Both the position numbers and the translations under genes were made by a program. Shown here one piece after another: positions 1 to 8,421 of a DNA stretch of 64,000 nt; position 1 is the stretch's first letter, and every line of letters starts with the position of its first letter. The notes beneath the pieces were generated by a model that made no database searches, was not told the origin of the DNA, and was given only the letters and a program-made list of their open reading frames with translations. The stretch comes from Nitrospirota bacterium (GTDB taxonomy: Bacteria > Nitrospirota > UBA9217): the NCBI GenBank assembly GCA_963740085.1, contig CAVUCU010000003.1:107680-171679 (forward strand), given 5' to 3'.

Positions 1-799
1 CCATGCCGAGTTTGCCCATAAAGAGCGACCGTTTTTTTTGCACGCCCTCGGCGGAGAAACCGGAAGCCAGGATCGATAAAAAGTCTCCTGCCACTTCGGC
101 ATCTAGGACCACCGGCGCTTTCACCGAATCAATATGCCTGGCGCCGAGAAGGTCGAGCGCCTTTTGTGCCGCCCGGTGCGCGACTTCCTCGATCATCAGT
201 TTGCGATAAAACCTCTTCACGTCGAAATCAGATCCTGCCTGCGATTCACCCTTGTCCTCGGCAACAACCTCGATGCTCGACGATGCCCCGGTGCCGCGGT
301 ACGAGACCTCGGCGCCATGGGTGTTCATGATCATGGTCTCGGACTCCGAGAAGCTCGCAGAGGCCTTTCTGATGCGCTTGATCCGCGGGTCCACGCCAAA
401 GGCCTCGCGTTCCATGGCCATGATGCGTTCGATCTTCTCCTTCTCGCTCAGGGCGACCAGTTCGGGGTCATACATCGTTATCGATCGATAGGCAACGGCA
501 GGCCTTTCCGGGATCGAATGGAACGGATCGGGCTCGATGTTCCGCGCGTTCGTTATTGCCGATCGTGTCAGGGTTTTGAGGGCATTCTCCGAGAGGTCGG
601 TGGTAAAAGCGAATCCCATCCTTCCGTTGACAAGGACCCGGAGACCCCCGCCGATGTCTTTGGCGCGGTCAAAAGCGTCGACCTTTTGTTCCTTGACCTC
701 TATGCTGGTGGATGCCGAGGAGCGGAGAAAGACCTCGGCAGCGTCTGCCTTGAGGTCTTTTGAGAGGGAGAGGATTTTTTCAGCGATGTGCTTATTCAT
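1..799 (-). CDS. TldD/PmbA-family metalloprotease, N-terminal part (3' end runs off the window)
   Basis: Absent from the ORF track because there is no stop inside the window. My translation from ATG at 799: MNKHIAEKILSLSKDLKADAAEVFLRSSASTSIEVKEQKVDAFDRAKDIGGGLRVLVNGRMGFAFTTDLSE... stays open to position 1. The pattern resembles the PmbA/TldD N-terminal domain. The listed + strand ORFs here (134..763 etc.) are Arg/Gly-rich antisense artefacts. Confidence 0.6.
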   Translation of the reverse strand, partial: MNKHIAEKILSLSKDLKADAAEVFLRSSASTSIEVKEQKVDAFDRAKDIGGGLRVLVNGRMGFAFTTDLSENALKTLTRSAITNARNIEPDPFHSIPERPAVAYRSITMYDPELVALSEKEKIERIMAMEREAFGVDPRIKRIRKASASFSESETMIMNTHGAEVSYRGTGASSSIEVVAEDKGESQAGSDFDVKRFYRKLMIEEVAHRAAQKALDLLGARHIDSVKAPVVLDAEVAGDFLSILASGFSAEGVQKKRSLFMGKLGM

Positions 800-820
800 G
801 ATTTATGTAAAAAATCCATA

Positions 821-905
821 CCGCAAAGGCGCGAAGAGCGCGAAGGATTACATTCATTTTACACCCGGTCACTTGCATTTCTTCGTGACCTTGGCGACTT
901 CGCGG
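821..905. repeat. Intergenic imperfect hairpin (word-repeat element R1)
   Basis: Left arm ccgcaaaggcgcgaagagcgcgaagg (821-846) pairs with right arm cttcgtgaccttggcgacttcgcgg (881-905) at about 19/25. The left arm is 25/26 identical to the reverse complement of the right arm of the element at 57343-57369. Confidence 0.55.
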
Positions 906-953
906 TTAAGAATATTCTCTCTGAATGCTCTGTGCCAGGGGTAAAAAAGGTTT

Positions 954-1322
954 TTAATCGAAATAGCTCGCCGAGGCCGTGTCCGATTCCCACACGGTAA
1001 CGCTGGCGACCTCGATGTTCTCGTTATTGATCTTCTTGGTCATCGTGTCGTAGATCCACTTGGCCAGGTTCTCGGACGAGGGGTTGATCTGGGTGAACGG
1101 GAAAATATCGTTCAGGAAGGTGTGCTCGAGCTGGTCCAGAACATCGCGGAGGGCCTTTTTGAGGTCGTGAAAGTCCATGGCCAGACCGATATCGTCCAGT
1201 CGCTCCGCGGTCACGGCAATGGTCACGCGCCAGTTGTGGCCGTGGAGCTTCTCGCACTTGCCCTGATAGCCCCGGAGCTGATGGGCTGCCGCGAATTTTG
1301 ATTCAACCATGAGTTCATACAT
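954..1322 (-). CDS. queD: 6-carboxy-5,6,7,8-tetrahydropterin synthase (queuosine biosynthesis)
   Basis: 122 aa. MYELMVESKFAAAHQLRGYQGKCEKLHGHNWRV... carries the PTPS/QueD signature (AAH, C-x3-HGHN), and the size is typical. Confidence 0.85.
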   Translation of the reverse strand: MYELMVESKFAAAHQLRGYQGKCEKLHGHNWRVTIAVTAERLDDIGLAMDFHDLKKALRDVLDQLEHTFLNDIFPFTQINPSSENLAKWIYDTMTKKINNENIEVASVTVWESDTASASYFD

Positions 1323-1471
1323 AAGAAAGGATAATATGGCATGCGCCGGGAAAAGTCAATAAGGAATAAATACTGCGGGGGTGAGAACAAAGGCCAAGAT
1401 CATATCAAGGACACATCCGTTCGCAAGCAGAGAGAAATAAAATTTTCTTGCAATCGCCCGCGATTTCAGCT

Positions 1472-1963
1472 ATGCTTTTTCCAATGGAAGCAACGAAGGA
1501 AGAGTCAAGGCAAGCCATCGAACCGCATTTCCTCTCGCAGGCCCAAGCAAGCGGCATCAAACTCCATATCGGTCAGATGAACAAAGCCGAACATGAAGGC
1601 ATCATCCATGACATCGGCCGCTACGAGATCAACCTTGAGGAAAACGGCAAGATCGTCACGGTCCTGAAGCAGGAGATGTCCTATCTCACCGCGCCCCATC
1701 CCGTCATCATTGTTCCCGAGCCGCAGCAAACATACGGCACGGCCGACCAGGGCCTCGCGGCGCCCTCGCCCGGCAGACCGAATATTCAGCAGGAATTCCT
1801 CGACAAGGCCATCAAGGAGAACCAGCTTCTCACGCTGTACCTGATCAACGGACAGCGCGTCAGGGCCCATATCGAGGCCTATGACAACTTCACCATCCTG
1901 CTCAAAGAGGACGGCAAACAGCACCTCTATTACAAACACTCGATAGCCACGATCAATCGTTAG
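1472..1963 (+). CDS. hfq: Hfq-family RNA chaperone with two Sm-like domains (degenerate N-terminal plus canonical C-terminal)
   Basis: ORF 1448..1963. The C-terminal half IQQEFLDKAIKENQLLTLYLINGQRVRAHIEAYDNFTILLKEDGKQHLYYKHSIATI matches Hfq Sm1/Sm2 (YKHAIST type). The N-terminal half FLSQAQASGIKLHIGQMNKAEHEGIIHDIGRYEINLEENGKIVTVLKQEMSYL repeats the same spacing in degenerate form. The start is uncertain (ATG 1472, 1484 or 1577, with no clear SD). Confidence 0.7.
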   Translation: MLFPMEATKEESRQAIEPHFLSQAQASGIKLHIGQMNKAEHEGIIHDIGRYEINLEENGKIVTVLKQEMSYLTAPHPVIIVPEPQQTYGTADQGLAAPSPGRPNIQQEFLDKAIKENQLLTLYLINGQRVRAHIEAYDNFTILLKEDGKQHLYYKHSIATINR

Positions 1964-1974
1964 AGGTATTACCC

Positions 1975-2367
1975 ATGGAAACAAATCTCCTCGATAGAAT
2001 GCTGGACACCTACCTGACAGGGCGGACCTCCGTGACCGTTACCCTTCGGAACAAGATCCGCGTTTCCGGAAGGATCAAGGCCTTTGACAGCTATGTCATC
2101 ATCATGGACGGCACCAAACAGGAGATACTGTTCCGCCATGCGGTCATGAGCCTTTCCTCGTTTTCACCGGAGGAGCATAAGCGCCCGCCCGCAGCAACCA
2201 GGCCCGCCCCGGCAAAAACAGTTCCCCCAAGACCCGCGAAGAGCGTCTCACGCCAACCCGGACAAGCACAGCCTCAGACGCTTCCCTCATCCGCAACCGA
2301 GAGTCTCAACAACAGCATGAAGGACGGACTGCTCAGGTGGATGCAGGAACAAAAGGCCGCGAAATAG
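1975..2367 (+). CDS. Hfq-like (Sm-fold) paralog with Pro/Ala-rich C-terminal tail
   Basis: 130 aa. LLDRMLDTYLTGRTSVTVTLRNKIRVSGRIKAFDSYVIIMDGTKQEILFRHAVMSL follows the Hfq Sm1/Sm2 pattern (FRHAVMS versus YKHAIST). The tail PPAATRPAPAKTVPPRPAK is low complexity. An agagg SD lies upstream. Confidence 0.6.
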   Translation: METNLLDRMLDTYLTGRTSVTVTLRNKIRVSGRIKAFDSYVIIMDGTKQEILFRHAVMSLSSFSPEEHKRPPAATRPAPAKTVPPRPAKSVSRQPGQAQPQTLPSSATESLNNSMKDGLLRWMQEQKAAK

Positions 2368-2368
2368 C

Positions 2369-3904
2369 ATGAACTTCCGCTCCCTTTTGCTCGCTGCGCT
2401 CTCGGGCATCCTCCTTGCCGTTGCCTTCCCCGTGCTCAACCTCCATCTCCTTGCCTGGGTCGCCCTGCTGCCGCTGTTCCTCGCGCTCAGGGGACAGAGT
2501 GTCAGAAATGGTTTCTGGCTCGGCGGTGTGGCCGGGATCGTGTATTTTGCAGGCACCGTCTACTGGGTCACAAACTCCGTGCACTTTTACGGCGGCATTC
2601 CGATCATCCCGGCGTCACTCATCACCCTGCTTCTGTGCGCCTATATGGCGCTCTATCCCGCGGTCTTCGGCGCCGCTGTCGTGCATATCAGGAAAAACCA
2701 TCCATCGCTTTTTTTCGTCGCCGCTCCCGCCCTCTGGACAACGCTCGAGCTCGCGCGCACCTACGCGTTCAGCGGATTCCCCTGGTCACTGCTCGGCTAC
2801 TCGCAATATCTCGCCTTGCCGGTCGTCCAGATAGCGGACATCACCGGCGTGTACGGCGTCTCATTCCTGATCGTTCTGGTGAATGCCGCCCTGGCCGAGT
2901 TCATCAGAGACAGAAAGAACTATCCGGGTCTTCTCGTCGCCCTGGCCGTCATGCTTTTCGTGCTTGGCTATGGCTACATGAAATTGCGGCTCCCGGAGCA
3001 GGGGGCCGGCATAAAGGTATCCGTTGCGCAGGGAAATATCGAGCAGGACAAAAAGTGGGACCCAGCCTTCCAGGAGGAAACACTGGCGATATACAGGCGG
3101 CTCACCCGGGAGGCGCTCAAGGAGCATCCGGACCTCGTGATCTGGCCGGAAACCGCCGTGCCGTTCTACTTCGGCGGAGTGGCCCCGACGGACCAGGCCT
3201 TGACCGCCGACCTCGGTGCCTTCGTGAAACAGAGCAGGGTCCCGCTTCTCTTCGGAAGCGCGACCTATGAAGTGAAGCCGAACAGACAGATCATCGGCCG
3301 GAACTCCGCGTTCCTGCTTTCCGCGGACGGACAGGTCGAGGCAACCTACCATAAGCTCCACCTCGTACCCTTCGGCGAGTACGTACCGCTCAAAAAAGTC
3401 CTTTTCTTTGTGGAAAAGATGGTGCAGGCGATCGGAGACTTTCAGGCCGGGGACGACTATGTTGTTATGCGGGTACCTTACGGGCGCACGGAGACGAAGT
3501 TGAGCGTCGTTATCTGCTATGAGATCATCTTCCCGGACCTGGTCAGGAGGTTTGTGGACAAAGGGGCGAACGTCATAACGACGATCACGAACGACGCGTG
3601 GTTCGGGAAGACGGCGGCGCCGTACCAGCACTTTTCCATGGCGGTCCTTCGTGCTGTTGAAAATCGTGTGCCGGTCGCGCGCGCGGCCAACACCGGCATC
3701 TCGGGCTTCATCGACGCGCAAGGACACATCCTGGCTGAATCGGAGATCTTCATCCAGACGCAGCTGACCCACACCCTTGTCCCGGGAACTGAAAAAACCT
3801 TTTACACCCGTCACGGCGACGTTTTCTCCTACCTCTGCGTGCTCGCGAGCTTGATCCTGCTTTCGTGGGCCCCAAAAAAGAAACCTGGATCAAAACCCGC
3901 ATAG
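2369..3904 (+). CDS. lnt: Apolipoprotein N-acyltransferase
   Basis: 511 aa with a multi-TM N-terminus followed by a CN-hydrolase domain (VSVAQGNIEQDKKW, WPETA, VVICYEIIFPDL). It starts 1 nt after the stop of the preceding gene. Confidence 0.85.
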   Translation: MNFRSLLLAALSGILLAVAFPVLNLHLLAWVALLPLFLALRGQSVRNGFWLGGVAGIVYFAGTVYWVTNSVHFYGGIPIIPASLITLLLCAYMALYPAVFGAAVVHIRKNHPSLFFVAAPALWTTLELARTYAFSGFPWSLLGYSQYLALPVVQIADITGVYGVSFLIVLVNAALAEFIRDRKNYPGLLVALAVMLFVLGYGYMKLRLPEQGAGIKVSVAQGNIEQDKKWDPAFQEETLAIYRRLTREALKEHPDLVIWPETAVPFYFGGVAPTDQALTADLGAFVKQSRVPLLFGSATYEVKPNRQIIGRNSAFLLSADGQVEATYHKLHLVPFGEYVPLKKVLFFVEKMVQAIGDFQAGDDYVVMRVPYGRTETKLSVVICYEIIFPDLVRRFVDKGANVITTITNDAWFGKTAAPYQHFSMAVLRAVENRVPVARAANTGISGFIDAQGHILAESEIFIQTQLTHTLVPGTEKTFYTRHGDVFSYLCVLASLILLSWAPKKKPGSKPA

Positions 3905-3976
3905 ACACAGAGACACGAAGAGCTGCCGCCGTGAATCAATTCCGATGAACTCGTAATAAGTAAATAAATATCCAAT

Positions 3977-4072
3977 GTGTCCTTCTGAGCGAAGCGAAGA
4001 ATCTTGTTTTCCAATCGATCCTTCACGGAGCCTGTCCGAACAAGCGAGACCCTTCGCGTTGCTCAGGGTGAC
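3977..4072. repeat. Inverted pair of a ctgagcGAAGCGAAG-type motif between convergent lnt and recO
   Basis: gtgtccttctgagcgaagcgaagaatcttg (3977-4006) faces gagacccttcgcgttgctcagggtgac (4046-4072, reverse complement gtcaccctgagcaacgcgaagggtctc). A looser relative lies at 53321-53354. Confidence 0.45.
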
Positions 4073-4144
4073 TGTTCCGAAGGATTCAGGGCGACACTTT
4101 CTAACTTTTTTACGAAACCATCAATTCTGGCTCAACCTTGTGCC

Positions 4145-4903
4145 TTAGTGACCGAGGGGTAAAACTTTCTTGAGGAACTCAGTTGACTTGAGCCGTTTGC
4201 CGAGGATGTGGAAGGAGTGCGCGGAGAATACCAGGTCGAGCTCCTGCATGATCGAGGGAGAGGGCTTGAGTCTGCAGACCTTGTGCATGTCCATCCTGAG
4301 CACGTGGTAGTAGAACCCCACCGCTCCCTGGGAGAGCCGTATCCGGGGTTCGCCGGAAGAGACCATGCAATCCGGGCAGAGCATGCCGCCCTTCATGCCG
4401 AGGAAGATGATGTCCCCTTTCGGCTGGATGCCGCAGGAAAGACAGTGGTCCAGTTTGGGCTGGTAACCCAGCAGCGACAGGAACTTGATCTCGAATATCC
4501 TGAGCAGAAAAAGCGGTTCCTCACCCTCGTCGAGAAGATGGAGGACATGAGAAAGGAGCAAAAAGGCCGGCGCATTGCGCTCGCCGAGCGGCGCCATCTC
4601 CCGCACCAGTTCGAGCATCACCGCGCCGACGGCGGAGCGGCCCAGATCGGAGCCGATGGATGAGTGCTGTTCGATGATGTCCGTGGACTCGATCCGCGCA
4701 AGCTCCTGGTGTTCGCGCTCGAAGAGATGCAGGCGCGATATCGTAAAGGATTCGAGTCCTGCCCCGAAGCGGCGAAAGGACTTCCGCGCGTTCCTGGCAA
4801 CGCCCTTCAGCATGCCGCGGTCGAGGGAAAAGAACGTGACGAGCTTGTCCGCCTCGCCCAGGTTCATGCTGCTGATGATGATCGCCTCGGTTTTGGATTT
4901 CAT
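4145..4903 (-). CDS. recO: DNA repair protein RecO
   Basis: 252 aa. The N-terminal OB-fold pattern is AIIISSMNLGEADKLVTFFSLDRGMLKGVARNARKS and the Cys-x2-Cys zinc motifs are CLSCG...CPDC. It sits in the era-recO neighbourhood. Confidence 0.85.
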   Translation of the reverse strand: MKSKTEAIIISSMNLGEADKLVTFFSLDRGMLKGVARNARKSFRRFGAGLESFTISRLHLFEREHQELARIESTDIIEQHSSIGSDLGRSAVGAVMLELVREMAPLGERNAPAFLLLSHVLHLLDEGEEPLFLLRIFEIKFLSLLGYQPKLDHCLSCGIQPKGDIIFLGMKGGMLCPDCMVSSGEPRIRLSQGAVGFYYHVLRMDMHKVCRLKPSPSIMQELDLVFSAHSFHILGKRLKSTEFLKKVLPLGH

Positions 4904-5076
4904 AATTCCCTGTTAGAATTCCCCGGCAGACTCAGGCTTCGGCCTGCGCATGAGCCGGGATTACACCATCAGAACGCAAACTGAAGTTTGCTGCTGTTGT
5001 GATCATGGCTCATTATACACGAGCCGACGCTCAAAAACGAGATTCTTCGCTGCACCCGGGATAACGGGAAGACTTT

Positions 5077-7485
5077 TTACGAGACCATCAAGCTTCTTTT
5101 CCAAAAAGCAGAGACTTCACTCAAGATGCTTTCGGAAACCAGTTCGCTGACATCGGATTCGTACCAGTCCGCGGGCATGGACCGGGAATAGGCGGGTTGA
5201 ACGAACCGGTTGTCCATCAGCACAATGAGACCCCGGTCGCTCTCGGAACGGATCACCCTTCCCGCCGACTGGATCGCCTTGGCCATCGCGGGTATCGCAT
5301 AGGCATAGTCGAATCCCGCATGATATTGCTTCTGATAATACTCCCTCATCAGCTCGCGCTCAAGATCGAAATTCGGCAGCGGCGGGCCGACCACGAACGC
5401 GCCGACCGCCATCTCGCCAGGATAGTCGGCCCCTTCCGAGAATATTCCGCCCTGTACGGCGAAGAGGATCGTGGGAGAAGACCCTTCCCGGAGTCGCTCC
5501 ATGAACTCCTCGATCCGGTCCGCTTTCATGTCCCGCTCCTGCCTGAGAACAACAAACCCTTCCGGTAGTTGGAAAAGGGCGAGCGCTCGTTCAAGGAATT
5601 CGAAGCTCGGGAAGAATGCGAAATAATTTCCGGGACGCAGGGCCGATAACCGCGCTATGACGTCCGCTATCTTCGCATAATTGCGCTCGCGGTCCGAATA
5701 CTTGGTCGAGATCTGGGGGATGATCAGGATCTTGCGATGTCCACCGGGGAAAGGGCTTTGAAATTCGGCTGTCTTCACGGTCACGGGATCGATGCCGGAG
5801 AGCCTGGTGTAGTAATCGAAAGGCTTCAACGTTGCAGAGAACCCGACAACCTGCTCATATTCATCATAGCAATCCCTGAGCATGGCGGAGGCGTCGCAGC
5901 AGGTGATCTTGACGATGCCTTCACCGGGATGGGGAGTGAAGGTCGTGAAGAATTCCTCTCTTGCCGGATCACCAGCGTACTCGAGCGCCTCGGCGAATGC
6001 TGACCAGTAAAAGCAGAGCCTCATGATAACGTCCCGGCGTTGGAGATCAAGGTCGGAATCAAGATAACGCGAAAGGAAGACTCTGAGCTCAGCATCCAGC
6101 TCGAGGAACGAATCAATGGGGGGGTCGATCTTCGATGGTCTCATACTTTGTTCATGCCTGCATGAGGCGACCACCTGAACGCATGAATCAAGAAGTTCCT
6201 CGGCCTCCTCCCTGAAGCGGGAAGGAACGTGCTGGATCTCGCCCCTCATGGATTCGAGTGCTGTGCTGGAGATCGAGGGAGAATAGTAATCCATGGCGCG
6301 CGAGGGAAGATTATGGGCCTCGTCGATCACGAGGTTCGGTTTCCCTGTTTGATCGATAGCGATCGTCTCCCTGTGACCGAAGGCCGAACGCGGGGCAAAA
6401 ACATAGTTGTAATCGCAGATCACGATGTCGGCTTCCCCTGCCGCGTCAAACTGCAGCTCAAAAGGACAAACTTCATGGTTCTTTCCGAGATCGCGGAACG
6501 TTCGTGCCTTGAGCTTCCTCTTCTTCGAGAGAATGTCGATAAGTCCGTGTTCAGCTACCTTTGCGTAATAGTCCCTGGCATATTCGCAGAAGGCCGGATC
6601 GCAAAGCGGCTCGTTCTGAAAGCAGATCTTGCCTTTCGCCGTGACGGTGAGTGACTTGATCTTTGCACCCGCGTCCTGAAAACGCATGACCGCGTCCTCG
6701 GCAACCAGGTGCTGGCTGTTCTTTGGCGTGACGTAGACCACCCTCTGGCCGCGGCCCAGTGCCTCTCTGAGAACCGGATAGAGAACGCCGACGGTCTTCC
6801 CGAGCCCGGTGGGCGCCTGGATCAGCATCGGCCTCCGCTCCTGCATTCCCTGCTCGATCTTCTGCATGAGCTCGATCTGCCCGGAACGGGGCGTCTCGTA
6901 AGGGAACGCGAAATGTGCAGCAACCTTCCTCCGGCGGAGTGCGCGCTTCTCGGCCTTTCTGGCCTCTCCCACGAGTTCGTCCAGACGCCGGTCCAGCCAT
7001 TTTTCGTAAGCAGGAAGATCGAGCGTGATGTCGAGGTCCAGTGAATCCCTGTTGCGGGTCGAGACGAGATGAAAGGACAACGCGGGGACAGCCTTGTGCT
7101 CGAGCCAGGTGAAGTAACCGTAGGTGGCGAGTTGAAGACCATAGGGATGGTCAAGGGCGGTGCCGGCGAGACTGTGTGCAAGTTCCCGGATATTGAAGCC
7201 GGTCTTGATCTCTTCGATCCTGGGAGGATCGTTCCTGAAGATCCCGTCCATCCGTCCGTCGATCCGGAACCGGTATTCCTCTCTTTTGAATTCGCGACTG
7301 ATCGCGACTTCGGCTTCGTAGGAGGGGTCGGACTTTGCCCTCTTCCGCTGCACGCGGACATGTATCTCGTGCCCCTCTGCGGCCGCCCGTCCATAACCGG
7401 AATGGGCCTCAATGCTCCCGATCCTCGGAACCGGCACCGCGAAATCGCGGACCGCGACAGGGATAAGCTTTAATTCAACATTCAT
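5077..7485 (-). CDS. PD-(D/E)xK nuclease domain fused to XPD/DinG-type Fe-S DNA helicase
   Basis: ORF 5077..7623. I moved the start to ATG 7485 (MNVELKLIPV) because the upstream 46 aa are not protein-like. The N-terminus has IDGRMDGIF, EEIKT and QLATYGY (RecB/Cas4-like nuclease motifs). These are followed by Walker A APTGLGKT, a DEAH box (VIDEAHNL) and four Cys (CFQNEPLCDPAFCEY...EVCPFE). Confidence 0.75.
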   Translation of the reverse strand: MNVELKLIPVAVRDFAVPVPRIGSIEAHSGYGRAAAEGHEIHVRVQRKRAKSDPSYEAEVAISREFKREEYRFRIDGRMDGIFRNDPPRIEEIKTGFNIRELAHSLAGTALDHPYGLQLATYGYFTWLEHKAVPALSFHLVSTRNRDSLDLDITLDLPAYEKWLDRRLDELVGEARKAEKRALRRRKVAAHFAFPYETPRSGQIELMQKIEQGMQERRPMLIQAPTGLGKTVGVLYPVLREALGRGQRVVYVTPKNSQHLVAEDAVMRFQDAGAKIKSLTVTAKGKICFQNEPLCDPAFCEYARDYYAKVAEHGLIDILSKKRKLKARTFRDLGKNHEVCPFELQFDAAGEADIVICDYNYVFAPRSAFGHRETIAIDQTGKPNLVIDEAHNLPSRAMDYYSPSISSTALESMRGEIQHVPSRFREEAEELLDSCVQVVASCRHEQSMRPSKIDPPIDSFLELDAELRVFLSRYLDSDLDLQRRDVIMRLCFYWSAFAEALEYAGDPAREEFFTTFTPHPGEGIVKITCCDASAMLRDCYDEYEQVVGFSATLKPFDYYTRLSGIDPVTVKTAEFQSPFPGGHRKILIIPQISTKYSDRERNYAKIADVIARLSALRPGNYFAFFPSFEFLERALALFQLPEGFVVLRQERDMKADRIEEFMERLREGSSPTILFAVQGGIFSEGADYPGEMAVGAFVVGPPLPNFDLERELMREYYQKQYHAGFDYAYAIPAMAKAIQSAGRVIRSESDRGLIVLMDNRFVQPAYSRSMPADWYESDVSELVSESILSEVSAFWKRSLMVS

Positions 7486-7636
7486 ATTTTCGTCGAAAAA
7501 CGTCGAAGTCAAAAAACCACGGAGATTCACCCCGTTAGAAATAAGTATCTCGAACGGGGCAGGCGGAGACACGGAGGAAAACCCGGGCAAGTCGGTGCTG
7601 AAAAATCTTAACAGCCAACGCATTCAGGCGGGACCG

Positions 7637-8257
7637 TTACCGCATGTTATCGGTACTCACTTGTTTCTTTCTCCGATGGTTCCAAACATACACAATGATG
7701 ATCGTCACGCTCAGGGCCACTGCCCCGATGAGCGCCTGATGTGAATACTGCATGATCAACTCCCGCTCGGCGCCGATAAAATATCCGATGTACGAAAGCA
7801 CCGTGACCCACAGCCCCGCACCGAGCAGCGTGTAGAGAGAGAACTTCATATGGTTCATTCCCGCGAGACCCGCCGGAAGCGAGATCAGGTGGCGGACAAC
7901 CGGCAGAAGTCTGCCGATGAAGGTAGACACCTCGCCGTGGTCCTTGAAGAACCGCTCGACCTTCGCGAACTTCGCTTCGGTGATCCAGACATACTTCCCG
8001 TATTTCAAAACAAGCGGTCTTCCCAGATAGTGCGCTGCATAGTAATTCGCGTAAGCGCCCACCAGACTTCCGGCGGCGCCGCTCAGGATAACGAGCGCCA
8101 TGTTCATCTGCCCCTGCTGCGCCAGGTACCCGGCAGGAGGCATGATCAGCTCGCTCGGGACCGGGATGACCGAGCTCTCCATGGCCATCAGAAGAAAGAT
8201 CCCGGGATAGCCGAGCGCCCCGATGGTGTTCACCAGCCATATCATGAGTTCGTGCAT
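7637..8257 (-). CDS. dedA: DedA/SNARE-associated family membrane protein
   Basis: 206 aa. GYPGIFLLMAMESSVIPVPSELIMPPAGYLA and GRLLPVVRHLISLPAG are DedA hallmarks. Confidence 0.8.
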   Translation of the reverse strand: MHELMIWLVNTIGALGYPGIFLLMAMESSVIPVPSELIMPPAGYLAQQGQMNMALVILSGAAGSLVGAYANYYAAHYLGRPLVLKYGKYVWITEAKFAKVERFFKDHGEVSTFIGRLLPVVRHLISLPAGLAGMNHMKFSLYTLLGAGLWVTVLSYIGYFIGAERELIMQYSHQALIGAVALSVTIIIVYVWNHRRKKQVSTDNMR

Positions 8258-8298
8258 TTTTTCTCCTTGACAAGGACAAGCCGAAACAAAGAGGCTTC

Positions 8299-8406
8299 TC
8301 TCGCAGAGGCGCAGAGCTCGCAGAGAAAAGCATAAAAAAGTCCCAGCTTAAAACAAATTCATAAAAGGTTTTGATTTAACTCTGCGTTCTCTGCGCCTCC
8401 GCGAGA
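8299..8406. repeat. Intergenic imperfect hairpin (R3) between era and dedA
   Basis: The arms tctcgcagaggcgcagagctcgcagag (8299-8325) and ctctgcgttctctgcgcctccgcgaga (8380-8406) are 24/27 complementary, with an AT-rich loop of about 54 nt. Confidence 0.65.
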
Positions 8407-8421
8407 AACCGTGTTCGCCCC

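Noticed and set aside
922-938. TGGCAC-N5-ATTCA on the minus strand upstream of the PmbA/TldD gene.
   Set aside because: The -12 element lacks the GC dinucleotide. The site is 130 nt from the ATG with a repeat element in between, and nothing nearby ties an EBP to this gene.
1323-1447. A preQ1 riboswitch upstream of queD.
   Set aside because: I could not find the conserved preQ1-I/II core on the minus strand (a short hairpin followed by an A-rich tail ending in CUA/CUAA-type sequence). The region looks like a plain divergent promoter spacer.
7486-7623. N-terminal extensions suggested by the longest-ORF track, here and at 9322..9357, 21167..21304, 23217..23399, 23699..23791, 33765..33866, 37508..37564, 40274..40345, 41035..41076, 52509..52580 and 53243..53272.
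   Set aside because: The extra residues are non-protein-like or overlap the upstream gene. The family-typical N-termini begin at the internal start codons, several of which have a good SD.
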